Assembly (NCBI GenBank): GCA_020353515.1
Contig: CP070695.1
Location: 1,029,161-1,077,483 of the forward strand
From: Candidatus Heimdallarchaeota archaeon
GTDB taxonomy: Archaea; Asgardarchaeota; Heimdallarchaeia; Hodarchaeales; Hodarchaeaceae
DNA length: 48,323 bases
Direction of reading: 5' to 3'
Shown here: positions 1 to 10,800 of the stretch, piece after piece
How positions within the stretch are numbered: the first letter of the stretch is position 1
How the letters are laid out: each line of letters opens with the position of its first letter
Notes under the pieces: generated by a model
The model's input: the letters and a program-made list of their open reading frames with translations, nothing else
What the model was told of the DNA's origin: nothing
Database searches by the model: none
Translations under genes and position numbers: made by a program

Positions 1-441
1 TGTATTATTGAAGTAACCACCATAATCAGAATCTCCTGCTACCCATAAAAGACGGGCTCCATCACCAGTAAACCAATTATTAATAATATTCAGTTCTGAA
101 GCGGAATAAGATATAGTAGAGTATGGAATCAATAAGACATTCGTGTCCGTAGGGATCGAAAATCCTCCCTCTATCATATGGAATGTTGATCCAGCTGTGG
201 TAAGATTTCCTTCTAGATTTGTCATATAGAGTCCAATAGCGGGAGTATGACTATTATCATATGCTACAACAAGGTTTGATGGGAGATTCGATTGAGCGAT
301 TGAAGAAACGATGGATGAAAATGTTTGATTGTCTATTTGTATGTCTGGTGTTTGTTGGTGCTTTAGTATCATATCCCCGTTATTCAACCCAAACAAGAAA
401 CAAATTATCATTATTATTGAGAAGATTCTTTTCCATTCCAA
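1..441 (-). CDS. Secreted/surface protein, N-terminal part (runs off the window edge); GldG/DUF4350-like domain possible
   Basis: Not in the ORF track. My translation from TTG at 441 is open to position 1: MEWKRIFSIIMIICFLFGLNNG... (signal peptide) ...LVVAYDNSH...NVLLIPY...YSASELNIINNWFTGDGARLLWVAGDSDYGG. GAGG lies upstream. Confidence 0.75.
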   Translation of the reverse strand, partial: MEWKRIFSIIMIICFLFGLNNGDMILKHQQTPDIQIDNQTFSSIVSSIAQSNLPSNLVVAYDNSHTPAIGLYMTNLEGNLTTAGSTFHMIEGGFSIPTDTNVLLIPYSTISYSASELNIINNWFTGDGARLLWVAGDSDYGGYFNNT

Positions 442-732
442 TATTTCCGCCTCAAATATTTTAATGAACTTCATAAGCCCGTTCAGTAATATCTCAGCTG
501 ATTTTACTTCTTTTTACTATTCAAAAATATCGAGGTATCTTGATAATCATAAAAACTCATATAGTTTTCTAATCAAAAAAATGGTTAATTTTTCTATCTC
601 GCCTTCGAGAGTTTTTCAGGTTTCAGATTGGTGTTAGCCAATCCCTAAAAAAAGTTAAATTTATGTATTTTAGCCTTAGAAGAAAGAAAAATGTATGGAA
701 TGGATATAAAATAGTAGAAAGAATCCCAGTAA

Positions 733-2862
733 TCAGGAGGTTTTGGGTGACTTAACCAGATCGGATTTTGTCCCTTCACTATCTGAAACTGGGAATTCTT
801 GTTGAGGAGTTTGAGGAAGCAATCGCTTCCTTTCAGAACGAACCTTCCACGCTGTGATTTCGCTGAAAAACATAAAACCAAAGGCAATCAAAAGCTGAAG
901 TTGAGTATAAATGACATCATACCACATATGAGCCATTAATGCAATAATAACCACTCCTAAGAGGATCCTTGTCAGATTTCGATACACTCTCAAAATAAGG
1001 CCTTCAGGTTTCCTAGTCGTAAGACCATACCATTGGACAATTACAATAAAAAACAGTTGAAGACCTATAAGAAGAAGAGTATGCCACCTGTTAAGTGTCC
1101 AACCCCCCATAGTGATGGATGAATAATGAAACATCCAGGAGACCCAAAATCCTTTAAATTCAAAAATTGGTATTTGATACACTCCTACATAGTAATAACT
1201 CGTCATTATGACCAAAAACGCAAGAATCATTTCATAAAATGAGATGAAAAGCATCCAGATAGTCAGAAACAAGGCTTTAATAAGAATTCCAGTTCCCTCA
1301 AGTACTCTTGAAAAAGCTGATGGTTTTCTCTCTTGTTGAAATTCCATCTTTTCTACCTTTTTTGGAGTAGCTTCAATCTCTTCTTCTTGTTGGTGAAGTG
1401 ATTCCTGGGACGGAGAAACAATAGTTCCCGTTTTGGCTGATGGAGTTTGTTCTTCTGGAACCGAAGAGATTGGAAAATAGTTACTTTTTTGATTCTCAGA
1501 AATTGGACTCCCAAAGCTAATTAAGGCCTTACTGAGCCATAATCGAAATGATTTACCACCATATGTATTTAAAAGAATTTCAGATGCAATTATTGCACCA
1601 ATAATAATTAAGCTACCTAAGAAAAAACCTGTAGGATCAATCTGGTTAACGTAAGCAAGAATAAGAATTGTTTTGAAAGCTAATAATCTAACCAACCATG
1701 AAATAATTTCAGAGTCGTCAGTGGCTGATTTTGGATCTTCAAAAGTAGATGTTGTTCTAGAATATCTTAAAACTACTAATGTTCCTATAATTATTACTAG
1801 AGACAGAAAAGTAAAGAGATATGCACCACCATAAATGACAGCTGCAGTGTTCCATGGAAACACAAAAGTAAATACAAGCATACCAGCCAAAATCGCTACA
1901 AATCCTTTCTCTTGGTTAGTAGCGGTATCACTAAATTTGATCCAAGATGAAGGGATTAAATCTTTGATTTTACTCTCCTGAGGATTGGCTAAAAATGATC
2001 CAAGAGAAACTAGCCAGGGTCCAAGTTTTTCCACCCATAACTCAGATTTCAACTGACGCTCTACAAAACATGCCAAAAATAACCATATTGGTACAAGGAA
2101 TAAATAACTCAAGTGTAACAAGATAGAGGATTTGAAAAATAATAAGAGAAAAGTCACCCTAGAAGTCCAAACTAAAACAGTGTCATCTAGGCTTCTATCC
2201 ATCTTATTTTCTCTACTTAACTTAGCTTTCCATTTATTAACCAGAATTCCTTCCCACAGGACAAAAATAATAGCCCAAAATGTTACAATAAAACAAAAAT
2301 TAAGCGAGGATATATAGTAGTCGTATGAACCAAACCACCAGTCAGGGGGAATTCCAGTATAACCAGCAATAAAAAGAGCAATATTAACCCATATAATGAA
2401 AACGAGAAAGAGAATACGATAGAGAGAGAACCATCTAGACCCTTGACTGTAATAGTAAGAAATATCTCTAAAATCCCTCATTTTTTGTCTCTTAGGAATG
2501 TACACTTGAGTTTGGGATTCTGTTTCCCCAGCATTCTGCTTTACTGCAGATGGCTTGGGTGAAGGAGTACCTTTAGGTGTAAATGGTTGGGGCTGATCCT
2601 CACGATCCAGCTCTAAATATTGTTCACATATTTCGCTAGGCGACCCACATTCCTCAATTGCTTTTATGACATCGCTGTACTGGACTCGATCCCCAATTGC
2701 TAACTCCCCACTCCGAAGATAAACGAAGTCATTAATTTCATTCAACAACGAGTCAATTTCATTCGGATGCAATCGAGTATGCTGCCGAAGATACTCTTCA
2801 ATCCCATCAACATATGTTCGAATTAGGTGCCTGGCATCAACATCAAATGATTTCACATTCAT
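733..2862 (-). CDS. Polytopic membrane protein with N-terminal HAAS-like domain
   Basis: N-terminal 'YVDGIEEYL...EIDSLLNEINDFV...AIEECGSPSEICEQY' matches the HAAS pattern. Many TM segments follow. 4-bp overlap with the padR gene. Confidence 0.75.
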   Translation of the reverse strand: MNVKSFDVDARHLIRTYVDGIEEYLRQHTRLHPNEIDSLLNEINDFVYLRSGELAIGDRVQYSDVIKAIEECGSPSEICEQYLELDREDQPQPFTPKGTPSPKPSAVKQNAGETESQTQVYIPKRQKMRDFRDISYYYSQGSRWFSLYRILFLVFIIWVNIALFIAGYTGIPPDWWFGSYDYYISSLNFCFIVTFWAIIFVLWEGILVNKWKAKLSRENKMDRSLDDTVLVWTSRVTFLLLFFKSSILLHLSYLFLVPIWLFLACFVERQLKSELWVEKLGPWLVSLGSFLANPQESKIKDLIPSSWIKFSDTATNQEKGFVAILAGMLVFTFVFPWNTAAVIYGGAYLFTFLSLVIIIGTLVVLRYSRTTSTFEDPKSATDDSEIISWLVRLLAFKTILILAYVNQIDPTGFFLGSLIIIGAIIASEILLNTYGGKSFRLWLSKALISFGSPISENQKSNYFPISSVPEEQTPSAKTGTIVSPSQESLHQQEEEIEATPKKVEKMEFQQERKPSAFSRVLEGTGILIKALFLTIWMLFISFYEMILAFLVIMTSYYYVGVYQIPIFEFKGFWVSWMFHYSSITMGGWTLNRWHTLLLIGLQLFFIVIVQWYGLTTRKPEGLILRVYRNLTRILLGVVIIALMAHMWYDVIYTQLQLLIAFGFMFFSEITAWKVRSERKRLLPQTPQQEFPVSDSEGTKSDLVKSPKTS

Positions 2863-3272
2863 CTCCTCTTTTGGTTATTTATCTCCTGATACCATCTTTT
2901 TATAAAATCATGATAAGAAAAATAGGTGCCAATCATCTCTTCGATCATTACTTCTCCAATCTCAGTGATTGTGTAGATCTTCCTAGGTACCCCAGGGGAA
3001 TTTATATCATCTGCAGTATGTGATGTGATCATTCCATCGTCTTCCATTCTTTTCAACAATGGGTAAATTGTTCCTGCTTTCAATTCAATTCCAATACCAG
3101 TTTCTCGTATTAATTTTATGAGTCCATAGCCATGTGCATCTTGCGTTCGAAGACGAATCAGCATAAGGATCATTAATTGAAGCAAACCACGACGAATGTC
3201 GCGTTCCCAATGTTTAACTATGGTTGATTTCTTCCGTGGTTCCGTTGTATCCCTACGCTTGTCCGTACTCAT
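2859..3272 (-). CDS. PadR-family transcriptional regulator
   Basis: 'RRGLLQLMIL', 'HGYGLIK', 'GTIYPLLKRMEDDG', 'RKIYTITEIG' PadR motifs. Confidence 0.95.
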   Translation of the reverse strand: MSTDKRRDTTEPRKKSTIVKHWERDIRRGLLQLMILMLIRLRTQDAHGYGLIKLIRETGIGIELKAGTIYPLLKRMEDDGMITSHTADDINSPGVPRKIYTITEIGEVMIEEMIGTYFSYHDFIKRWYQEINNQKRR

Positions 3273-3352
3273 TGTGTTTCAATCCTAGACCGTCAATCGC
3301 TAGATTACAGCTTGATTTGTCGATTTATCTTGGAATAAATCAAGTGGGGAAG

Positions 3353-3401
3353 ATATATGCGCACCTATTTATATCGCGTGCCAACATATATAGCGCACCT
3401 A
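3353..3401. promoter_or_regulatory. Three imperfect 16-17 bp direct repeats upstream of padR, candidate operator/promoter
   Basis: ATATAT-GCGCACCTA (3353-3367), TTATATCGCGTGCCAA (3369-3384), ATATATAGCGCACCTA (3386-3401), 80-130 bp upstream of the padR start. Confidence 0.5.
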
Positions 3402-3782
3402 ACTGCCTTTTTATAGCTAACTATTGGTACTCTAAAAATCCAAGTGGAACCGAGAAGGCATCAAAAATCGAAAAATGGATCATGCTGTCAGAACAAAAAT
3501 AGATTATTGATTCGCGTTTTGTTGATGATGCAAAGAGATGTCTAAAATGGTAAAAAGTTTTTACTAATGCCTTGTAAATCCCACGTGAGATAATATTTCA
3601 CCTAGTTGTTGTGGAAAGCAACTATAATTTCTTAAGTTGTTGCGGTCATTAATCAACTTGTTCTAGGAAATCGATCAAGTAGTTGCGTTATTTTGCAAGG
3701 AATACCTTAACTGCTGTTTCAGTCAACAGTTATTACAGAAACAATTCAACAAGAATCGCAAAAAATAATAAAAAAGGATTGT

Positions 3783-5462
3783 GTGGAAAACATGAATGTT
3801 CCGATACAAAGAAAAATGCTGTTATTGACAGGAATGATTTTTCTTGGTTTATTTTCAACAGCATACTTAGTGAATTCATTTACTGGAAATTTATTCCTTC
3901 CAGAAGCTGAAATTAATTTTGATGGTGATGAAAACGCTGAAGCAGCAGCTAAAGAGATGGATCCTGAAAATGGTTATAAGATCCCAGGGTTTTATGATGA
4001 AGAATTTGAATATAAAGAAGCAACGATGACGGAAGAGGAAGTTCTTGCCATCGCAGAAGCTCTGGAAGAAGTCCAAGAATTCAGAGCTGATCATGACAAT
4101 GTCTCTGTTTGGGCTTGGTATGATGGGTATGATTATTGGTATGTAGACTATTTTGTTAATTACTGGGATAAGTACTATATTGAGGATAACGTTGTAAGTA
4201 CTGGTGAGATTGCCTATGAGGCTGAACCAGTGACTGATTATTCTTATTATCCCGAATGGAATTATCTTACAGTAATAATTCAAGACTCAACAGGCAACGT
4301 TTTTGAAATCATTCAACCTGTGGAACCCTCCTTAACCGAAGAGGAAGTATACGATATTGCGGTAAATTCTGAAGAAGGTATTGCTTTTCTTGAGGATTAT
4401 CCAGATGCAGAAGTTTATATCTGGTTTGATTCTTTTCAATATTGGTACGTGGAATTCTATCCACTTTACGAAGAACTTGAATATAAGGATACAGGGCTTA
4501 CCGATCCTGATGAAGCTGGATATGGGTATTTTTGGGATTATTTATCTCTGGTGGTTGATGATCTCACAGGAGAGATTGTCGAAGTATATCGACCAGTTGA
4601 ACCTTCTTTAACAGAGGAAGAAGTACTTGAGATCGCCTTCAGTATCCCTGAAATTCAAGAATTAGCAGAAGAATATAATGATCTTGAAGCCTGGGCCTAC
4701 TTCGATGGCTTTGAATATTGGTATGTTGACATTTACTCCTATGAACACTGGGAAGTCTGGGCTTATGTTACTATTGACGATTCTACCGCAGAAGTTATTG
4801 ATTTTTATGTTCCGAAATTACCCGACATGACCAAAGACGCGATTATCGCCATTGCAATGGAGGTTTCAGATGTTCAGAATTTTCTGAACAAATATGATAA
4901 TTCTTCTATTGATGCCTACTTCTACAGCAGTTGGTTTTACGATGAAACTTTTGATGAATCCGGGGAAAAAGTATCTGAATCTGAACCTGGTTATACAGGG
5001 GAAACCGCAGCTTATTGGTATGTCTATGTCTATTCTGGAATTTACCTAGATGCTTGGGGTTACCTACTAATCAGTGATGACACTGGGGAAATCTTTGAGT
5101 CTGAATTTATCATGCCTGAATTACCAACAATAACCTACGATGAAGCTATCACCATTACTCAAGGCCATGAATTAACCATTGCCTTTCTTGAAGATCATTC
5201 TGATGATTACGGAATGTACGCCTATCATTTCAGTGATTACTATTATGATTATGACGAAAAAGGGGATTATGGTTATAGTGGTGAAGGTAGTGGTGTCTGG
5301 TACATTGTGTACTACAGCCCTACAGAGTATGATTGGTGGTATTTAGAGGGGAGTAAAGAATCACCATCTTACACTGAAGTCGGGTTCAGGATTGACAGTG
5401 AAACAGGGGAAATCCTAGACACATGGAATTATGATTGGGAAGAAGAAATTGTTCCCCCCTAA
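3783..5462 (+). CDS. Acidic Tyr/Trp-rich exported protein with five PepSY-like repeats
   Basis: N-terminal signal/TM segment; five units of 'P-x-(L/M/I)T-EEEV-xx-IA...(Y/V)WY(V/I)...DxxTG(E/N)(I/V)'. Confidence 0.75.
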   Translation: MENMNVPIQRKMLLLTGMIFLGLFSTAYLVNSFTGNLFLPEAEINFDGDENAEAAAKEMDPENGYKIPGFYDEEFEYKEATMTEEEVLAIAEALEEVQEFRADHDNVSVWAWYDGYDYWYVDYFVNYWDKYYIEDNVVSTGEIAYEAEPVTDYSYYPEWNYLTVIIQDSTGNVFEIIQPVEPSLTEEEVYDIAVNSEEGIAFLEDYPDAEVYIWFDSFQYWYVEFYPLYEELEYKDTGLTDPDEAGYGYFWDYLSLVVDDLTGEIVEVYRPVEPSLTEEEVLEIAFSIPEIQELAEEYNDLEAWAYFDGFEYWYVDIYSYEHWEVWAYVTIDDSTAEVIDFYVPKLPDMTKDAIIAIAMEVSDVQNFLNKYDNSSIDAYFYSSWFYDETFDESGEKVSESEPGYTGETAAYWYVYVYSGIYLDAWGYLLISDDTGEIFESEFIMPELPTITYDEAITITQGHELTIAFLEDHSDDYGMYAYHFSDYYYDYDEKGDYGYSGEGSGVWYIVYYSPTEYDWWYLEGSKESPSYTEVGFRIDSETGEILDTWNYDWEEEIVPP

Positions 5463-5479
5463 ACCTAAACAGATTCTAT

Positions 5480-5501
5480 CTTTTTTTCTCTTTCTCTTTT
5501 T
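5480..5501 (+). terminator. Archaeal oligo-T/pyrimidine terminator candidate
   Basis: cTTTTTTTCTCTTTCTCTTTTT shortly after the stop at 5462. Confidence 0.45.
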
Positions 5502-5659
5502 ATGATATTGTCATAAGATCCATACTCCAGTTTTGCGACATTTATTCTTATGGTAAAGATTTAATTCTCCGTTAATGAAAAAAAATCATCTTTCTTCCTG
5601 GGAGAGAAAACGAAAGCTTAATAATATGATTACTTCAGTTATTTCCATGGTGACATATC

Positions 5660-7009
5660 CTGTACGAGAGATCTACTCTTATCATATTAACACTCTTAGC
5701 ATCTAGTCTATTTCTCCTCCAGCAGGGTATAGCCTCGAAGACGGACACCGAATTTGACATTGGAAATGTTACCTTAACATACACAATATTTGCAAACCAA
5801 TCATATAGATGTACTTTTTTTATCCAAGTTCTTGGAAATGCGGATACAGTCGAAGGGAATGTCCCAGGGGTACTTATTGCAACAGGTAATGTAACTAATG
5901 TTCTCCTTAGTTTTGAAGATAATGAAATCAACCCTCAGATTACCTCAATTAGTGGAAATACTCAAATTTCCTTTTCTATTCAATCCTCCCTTCAACCTAG
6001 AAGTGAATATGAGTTATCTGGATCTTATGCAGGCCTTACGTCGGAAGCTGAAGTTGCTTCTTTAGGATTGGATTGGGGGACACGAGCAAGTCTCCTACAA
6101 ACGTATGTCTACTTAGAACGAGGATTAGTTCTATTAGAAGTCGATCCAACACCTCAACGAATTTCAGTAGTCGCTGGAGGAAAATTACAACTCTCTTGGA
6201 ATGATGTAAATAAACAGAAATTCCTAGCAACAGTTGATTTCAGCTCTGAATCCACTACCAAGTTGATGACAGCTAATATCAATACTTGGACAATAACAAG
6301 CTCCAAACCTTTAGTTGTGACGATTCAATCGTTTATCAATTATGACCTTCATTGTTTTGTGGTTACTCCTTCATGGATTAGCGCAAATATGACCCAATTT
6401 ACTATCGATCCAACAGGTACGAGAGCAGTTTCTTTTACATTATCAGATACTCTTCCCCCTCGAGGTACAACAGGAACCATCCAAATTAACGCTCGTGAGA
6501 TACTCACGAAGATAGAAATCCCAGTAGAAATTCCTACAAGTTCTGGTTCTGATCCTTTTCTCACAAGTCTCATTGCTGCTATCATTGGATCCGCAATCTT
6601 TCTTGCATCAGTTCTTCTTTATCAAAACAGAGAGGTTATTGTTGAGAAAGTATCTGAGCTCAGAGCTTCCCTAAATAGACCTACTTCTCAACAGACACCC
6701 ATTAGTGATCCACTTCAAGAAACAGTGTTAGATTCACAGCAAATTATAGCATTCAAGGAAGCAACACTAGCAAAGCCTCCTTGGAGTGAAGTGAAAGAAA
6801 AATGGCAAAATTTCCTTAACGAGAATGAAATTAATGTCTTGAAACTTCTCTATGGAGGCTCAAAAAATCAACAAACGATAGCAGATGAATTAAGTCTCTC
6901 CAAATCTACAATGTCACGAATGTTAGCTCGACTCGAACAAAAAAGATTAATTCTTAGGAAAAAAGAAGGGATGAGTAACATAGTTACTATTAATTGGGAA
7001 ACCATATGA
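5660..7009 (+). CDS. Membrane-anchored HTH regulator (signal peptide, extracellular beta-rich domain, TM, C-terminal winged HTH); probable CTG start
   Basis: The frame of ORF 6068..7009 is stop-free 136 codons further upstream to CTG at 5660, 6 nt after GGTGA. This gives a signal peptide MYERSTLIILTLLASSLFLLQQGIA. TM 'LIAAIIGSAIFLASVLLY'; HTH 'QQTIADELSLSKSTMSRMLARLEQKRLILRKKEGMSNIV'. Confidence 0.8.
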   Translation: MYERSTLIILTLLASSLFLLQQGIASKTDTEFDIGNVTLTYTIFANQSYRCTFFIQVLGNADTVEGNVPGVLIATGNVTNVLLSFEDNEINPQITSISGNTQISFSIQSSLQPRSEYELSGSYAGLTSEAEVASLGLDWGTRASLLQTYVYLERGLVLLEVDPTPQRISVVAGGKLQLSWNDVNKQKFLATVDFSSESTTKLMTANINTWTITSSKPLVVTIQSFINYDLHCFVVTPSWISANMTQFTIDPTGTRAVSFTLSDTLPPRGTTGTIQINAREILTKIEIPVEIPTSSGSDPFLTSLIAAIIGSAIFLASVLLYQNREVIVEKVSELRASLNRPTSQQTPISDPLQETVLDSQQIIAFKEATLAKPPWSEVKEKWQNFLNENEINVLKLLYGGSKNQQTIADELSLSKSTMSRMLARLEQKRLILRKKEGMSNIVTINWETI

Positions 7010-7074
7010 GGAGTAAAGGAAAATTTAGCTCTTACTCTTAATCGCTGTATTGAAGAAGTTTAAGAGTATTACAG

Positions 7075-7860
7075 GTGTTCACTATTAACATCCATTTGTT
7101 AGTCAGTCGTGAGGACATTGCAGGAATGAATATCTCCCAGTTCATTCACTCTGATCTCCAAGAAAAGATCTCATTCACCGATGAGATTTCTATCTTTTCA
7201 GATCAGTCAATTGTAGAATTCATTCCTTCAACTGATGTAATAATTTTTCTATCTCGCCATTCAGCGCAAAGTTTACGGCCGAGTCTCACCGTTCATCCGA
7301 TTGGGAATTTTGGAACGGCTGAATTTGGTGGTAGGGATGATACCCTTGTAGAATGTCATTCTTTTCTTCTGAAAAGACTTTTATTGAATATCAAGGAGCT
7401 AAAGGCTTCAGGAGAATATAAATTACTCTTTGATTATGAAACCAGCCTCGAAGTTACTCACCATGGTCCTTTTTCTAAACCCCCAGTAGTTTTTATTGAA
7501 GTGGGATCCTCAGAACCTCAATGGAGTGATCTTGAAGCATGTCGTCTAATTGCTGATGCAGTAAATAAGACACAGTTTGATAATCTAGCTCACGATTGTG
7601 AATGGGTTTCAGTTATCGGCTTTGGAGGGAATCATTATACAACTAAATTTACTCGGTATATGCTTGAATCAGAGTTTGCATTTGGTCATATATGTGCTAA
7701 ATATGCCATTCCACAACTTACTCCAGAACTGATTCACCAAATGATCACATTAACTTCTCCACCTCCAGAACTAGTCCTGTTTGATAAAAAAGGGATGAAA
7801 CAAAAACAACAGATTAGGACATGGTTATCTGAATATGAAATAAAAGTTCAACAAATATGA
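7075..7860 (+). CDS. dtdA: D-aminoacyl-tRNA deacylase, archaeal DTD2 type
   Basis: 'IFLSRH', 'LTVHPIGNF', 'LEVTHHGP', 'FIEVGS', 'GFGGNHY', 'FGHICAKY' motifs. Confidence 0.93.
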   Translation: MFTINIHLLVSREDIAGMNISQFIHSDLQEKISFTDEISIFSDQSIVEFIPSTDVIIFLSRHSAQSLRPSLTVHPIGNFGTAEFGGRDDTLVECHSFLLKRLLLNIKELKASGEYKLLFDYETSLEVTHHGPFSKPPVVFIEVGSSEPQWSDLEACRLIADAVNKTQFDNLAHDCEWVSVIGFGGNHYTTKFTRYMLESEFAFGHICAKYAIPQLTPELIHQMITLTSPPPELVLFDKKGMKQKQQIRTWLSEYEIKVQQI

Positions 7861-7898
7861 GAAGATAAAAAAGAAGAATGGAGGGATGAAAAGATCAC

Positions 7899-10800
7899 TC
7901 AAGATTTTGGTTTTCTTTTCACTTTTTTCACGAGTAGAAGGGGGAGAAGCGATAGAATCGCCACGATTCCTGTCATGCCAGGACTTCGCCCTATAACGAC
8001 TGTGGGAGCAGAGGAGGAAGGTAAAGTTGTGGTAGGTGTCGGGTGAACAGCAGTGGTCTCTGGTTCACTTGAGGAGATTATTGGGACATCATTTTCGATA
8101 GAAAATGTGCCATCAGAGATATCTTCTATTGATACTCCAGCTGAACAAATAGCTACAACCCTGATTCTATAGGAAGAACCATCCGAAATACTATTGGTAT
8201 TCCAAGAATAGGAGGTGTCTGTTAAACCTAAACCTAATTGAATCCATCCACCACCATCAGAGTAATATACTGTAAAGGTGACTGGATGCCTGTAGGAATC
8301 TTCTGGCCATGACCATCGGATGGTAATTATCCCATCAACAGTCTCTCCACCATTGGGGTATAACACCCCTAGGAAAAACAAGAGACAACTATCAGATGGA
8401 TTCGGATACGTGAGGGGATTGAAGTCTTCACTGCCAGTAGTCCCATCCAGTCCGTATGGGAAATCTACAATTCCATCATTATTTGTATCTGGACTCGTCC
8501 AATCACTCCAATAATTAATATCAAAGATATTGTCAGTTCCATTGTCTAATGCTTGTATTCCTCCAAGATTATTCTCAATGAAATCATTAAACCGCACATA
8601 ATTGAAGCTAGTTGCACCATCAAACACAATTGCATAATTCGTATTATTTTCGAAAGAATTATGTTCAATTGAGTTTTCGGTTCCACCCAGAAGCCAAATT
8701 CCATTGATTTTTGTTTCAAGAATAGTGTTATTTACAATTAGATTATTGTGTGCAGCTCCATCAAAAACAATACCATAATCACTACCTTTACCCAGTCTGT
8801 TATCAGTCACAATGTTATCATATGCCGACCAAAGTTGAATATCGCCCTGATTATTGAACATTGTATTATTAGTTATAGTGGTTTCATTTGTATGCTGGTC
8901 AACAAGAATGCCCCACCTACTATTGTATACAGTATTGTGCTGGATCGTTAAAAATGAACTGAAAGCAGTTGATATTCCAACACTAGCGTTATGTAGATCG
9001 TGACCAGTTATAGTGATCCCAGTACAATTGAACAGAAAAATCTGACCAGCGCCAATTGGAACGGTTCCACCATTCATGCCCACCCAGAAAACAAAAGGTT
9101 TCCCGTTTACCAAGTTATCCTCTACTAAAGTTTGAATATATCTTCCAAAAGAGGACCCCGCCCAAAAGATTCCATTATTTGTTAAAATGTTATCCTTGAT
9201 ATAATGATTAGGTGAATCCCAAAGAAGAATTCCATATAGGCGATCATGGTTAAAAATGTAATTATGAATCAATCTGTTATTTGTAGACTCTCCAATGTAA
9301 ATTCCACTTCTTTCATTTTCGTAAATGGTATTATTTAGAATTATGTTTGAACTCGAGCCCTGCCACAATGCGATCCCGTGATTTAGGTTACTGTAGACGA
9401 TGTTGTGTGCTACCGTGTTATTATCGGACGGTGTGGGGCCCTCTATCAAAATACCGTTGAACCCATTACCATAAACTGTATTATTGGTGATTGTATTATT
9501 GTGGTTAGCAGATTGGAGTCGAATACCAGCCCAATTATTGTTATAACAAGTATTATTGACAATGGTGTTATAATTACTTGAGGTAAGTAACCTAATACCA
9601 TCCTGATTATTACTGTAGATTATGTTATATGAGAGAGTATTGTTCTCTGATGCTTGATCGATCCAAATCCCACTTTCTTCAAAGTGGTCATGTATAACAT
9701 TGTTTGTAATTATATTCTTGCCAGAATAATCAAGATTGAGTCCACTATATCTATTAATAAACATTGAATTATTGACAATGATGTTATTATAGGAATTCCA
9801 AAATGCAATCCCTCGATCACAGTTGTAAATCGTGTTATTTGCTATAGTACCATTACTAACAGTAAAAAACTGAATTCCACTACCAGCGCTAGACCGCCCA
9901 TTAAGAAGATTAGCACCAATTACAAAATGGTCCGTAATCCCACTGATTTCAATCAAGTGTCCACTTGTAGCATTAATATATAGTCCCTCAATCCGATAGG
10001 GATTGTTTAAGGTTCCTGTTCCACTAAATCCCATGGTTGAAAATTGAATGCTAGAAGTAATGAAGATTGGGTCATGGGGAGTATATGTTTTACTCACTAT
10101 CCCCATATCGGTAATCCATTGAGTTAATTCAGTCGTATTGGTGGGAACGATGATTTCACCACCAATAATTTTGTTTAGAACGGTGACATTAACTTCTTGA
10201 ATGATATCAGAACCAATTACTTCTTTGGTATAGTTTAGAGGAGATATACCTACAGCACCTTCTGCTAATCCTAGTTCTTTAACATCAGCACTCCAAGTTG
10301 AATCATAAACATCCTTAATCGCACTATAGACGGCTAAATCGACTCTTTTTATCATAGAGGAGAGGATACGGCCAGGATAAAGATAATCTTGGTCTGCATC
10401 AACACCAATAGCGTAAAATCCTTCGCCTTGCTCGTTGGTAGATTCAAAGACACCATCTCCACTCGTTCCTGCAGCAGTGAAAATAATATCTACGCCCTGA
10501 GCCCACATAGTTTCCGCAATAGCTTTACCTGTTACAGGATCACCCCAAGATCCAACAAAATCCTCAAAGACTTCAATATAGCTATTATTCTTCTCATATA
10601 AAACGCCAGCCTTGAATCCAGCCCAGAATTTACGAATTAGCGCGATATCCATTCCCCCCACAAAACCAACTCTTCCAGTTTGGGTCATTAGACCCGCCAA
10701 GGCCCCCACAAGGAATGATCCTTCATACTCCTTGAACATAAATGAGCTAACATTCCCTTGATTAACAGGATAATCAATAATGGCGATCGCTTGAGTGGGG

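Noticed and set aside
261-887. Short ORFs 261..464, 329..637, 645..887
   Set aside because: Shadows of the minus-strand genes (1..441 and 733..2862) with no recognisable motifs. The same applies to the other small antisense or overlapping ORFs in the track.
5635-5931. 98-aa minus-strand ORF
   Set aside because: Antisense shadow of the extended 5660..7009 gene.
7033-7068. Inverted repeat TACTCTTAA-N18-TTAAGAGTA before dtdA
   Set aside because: Single AT-rich instance; cannot be distinguished from chance.
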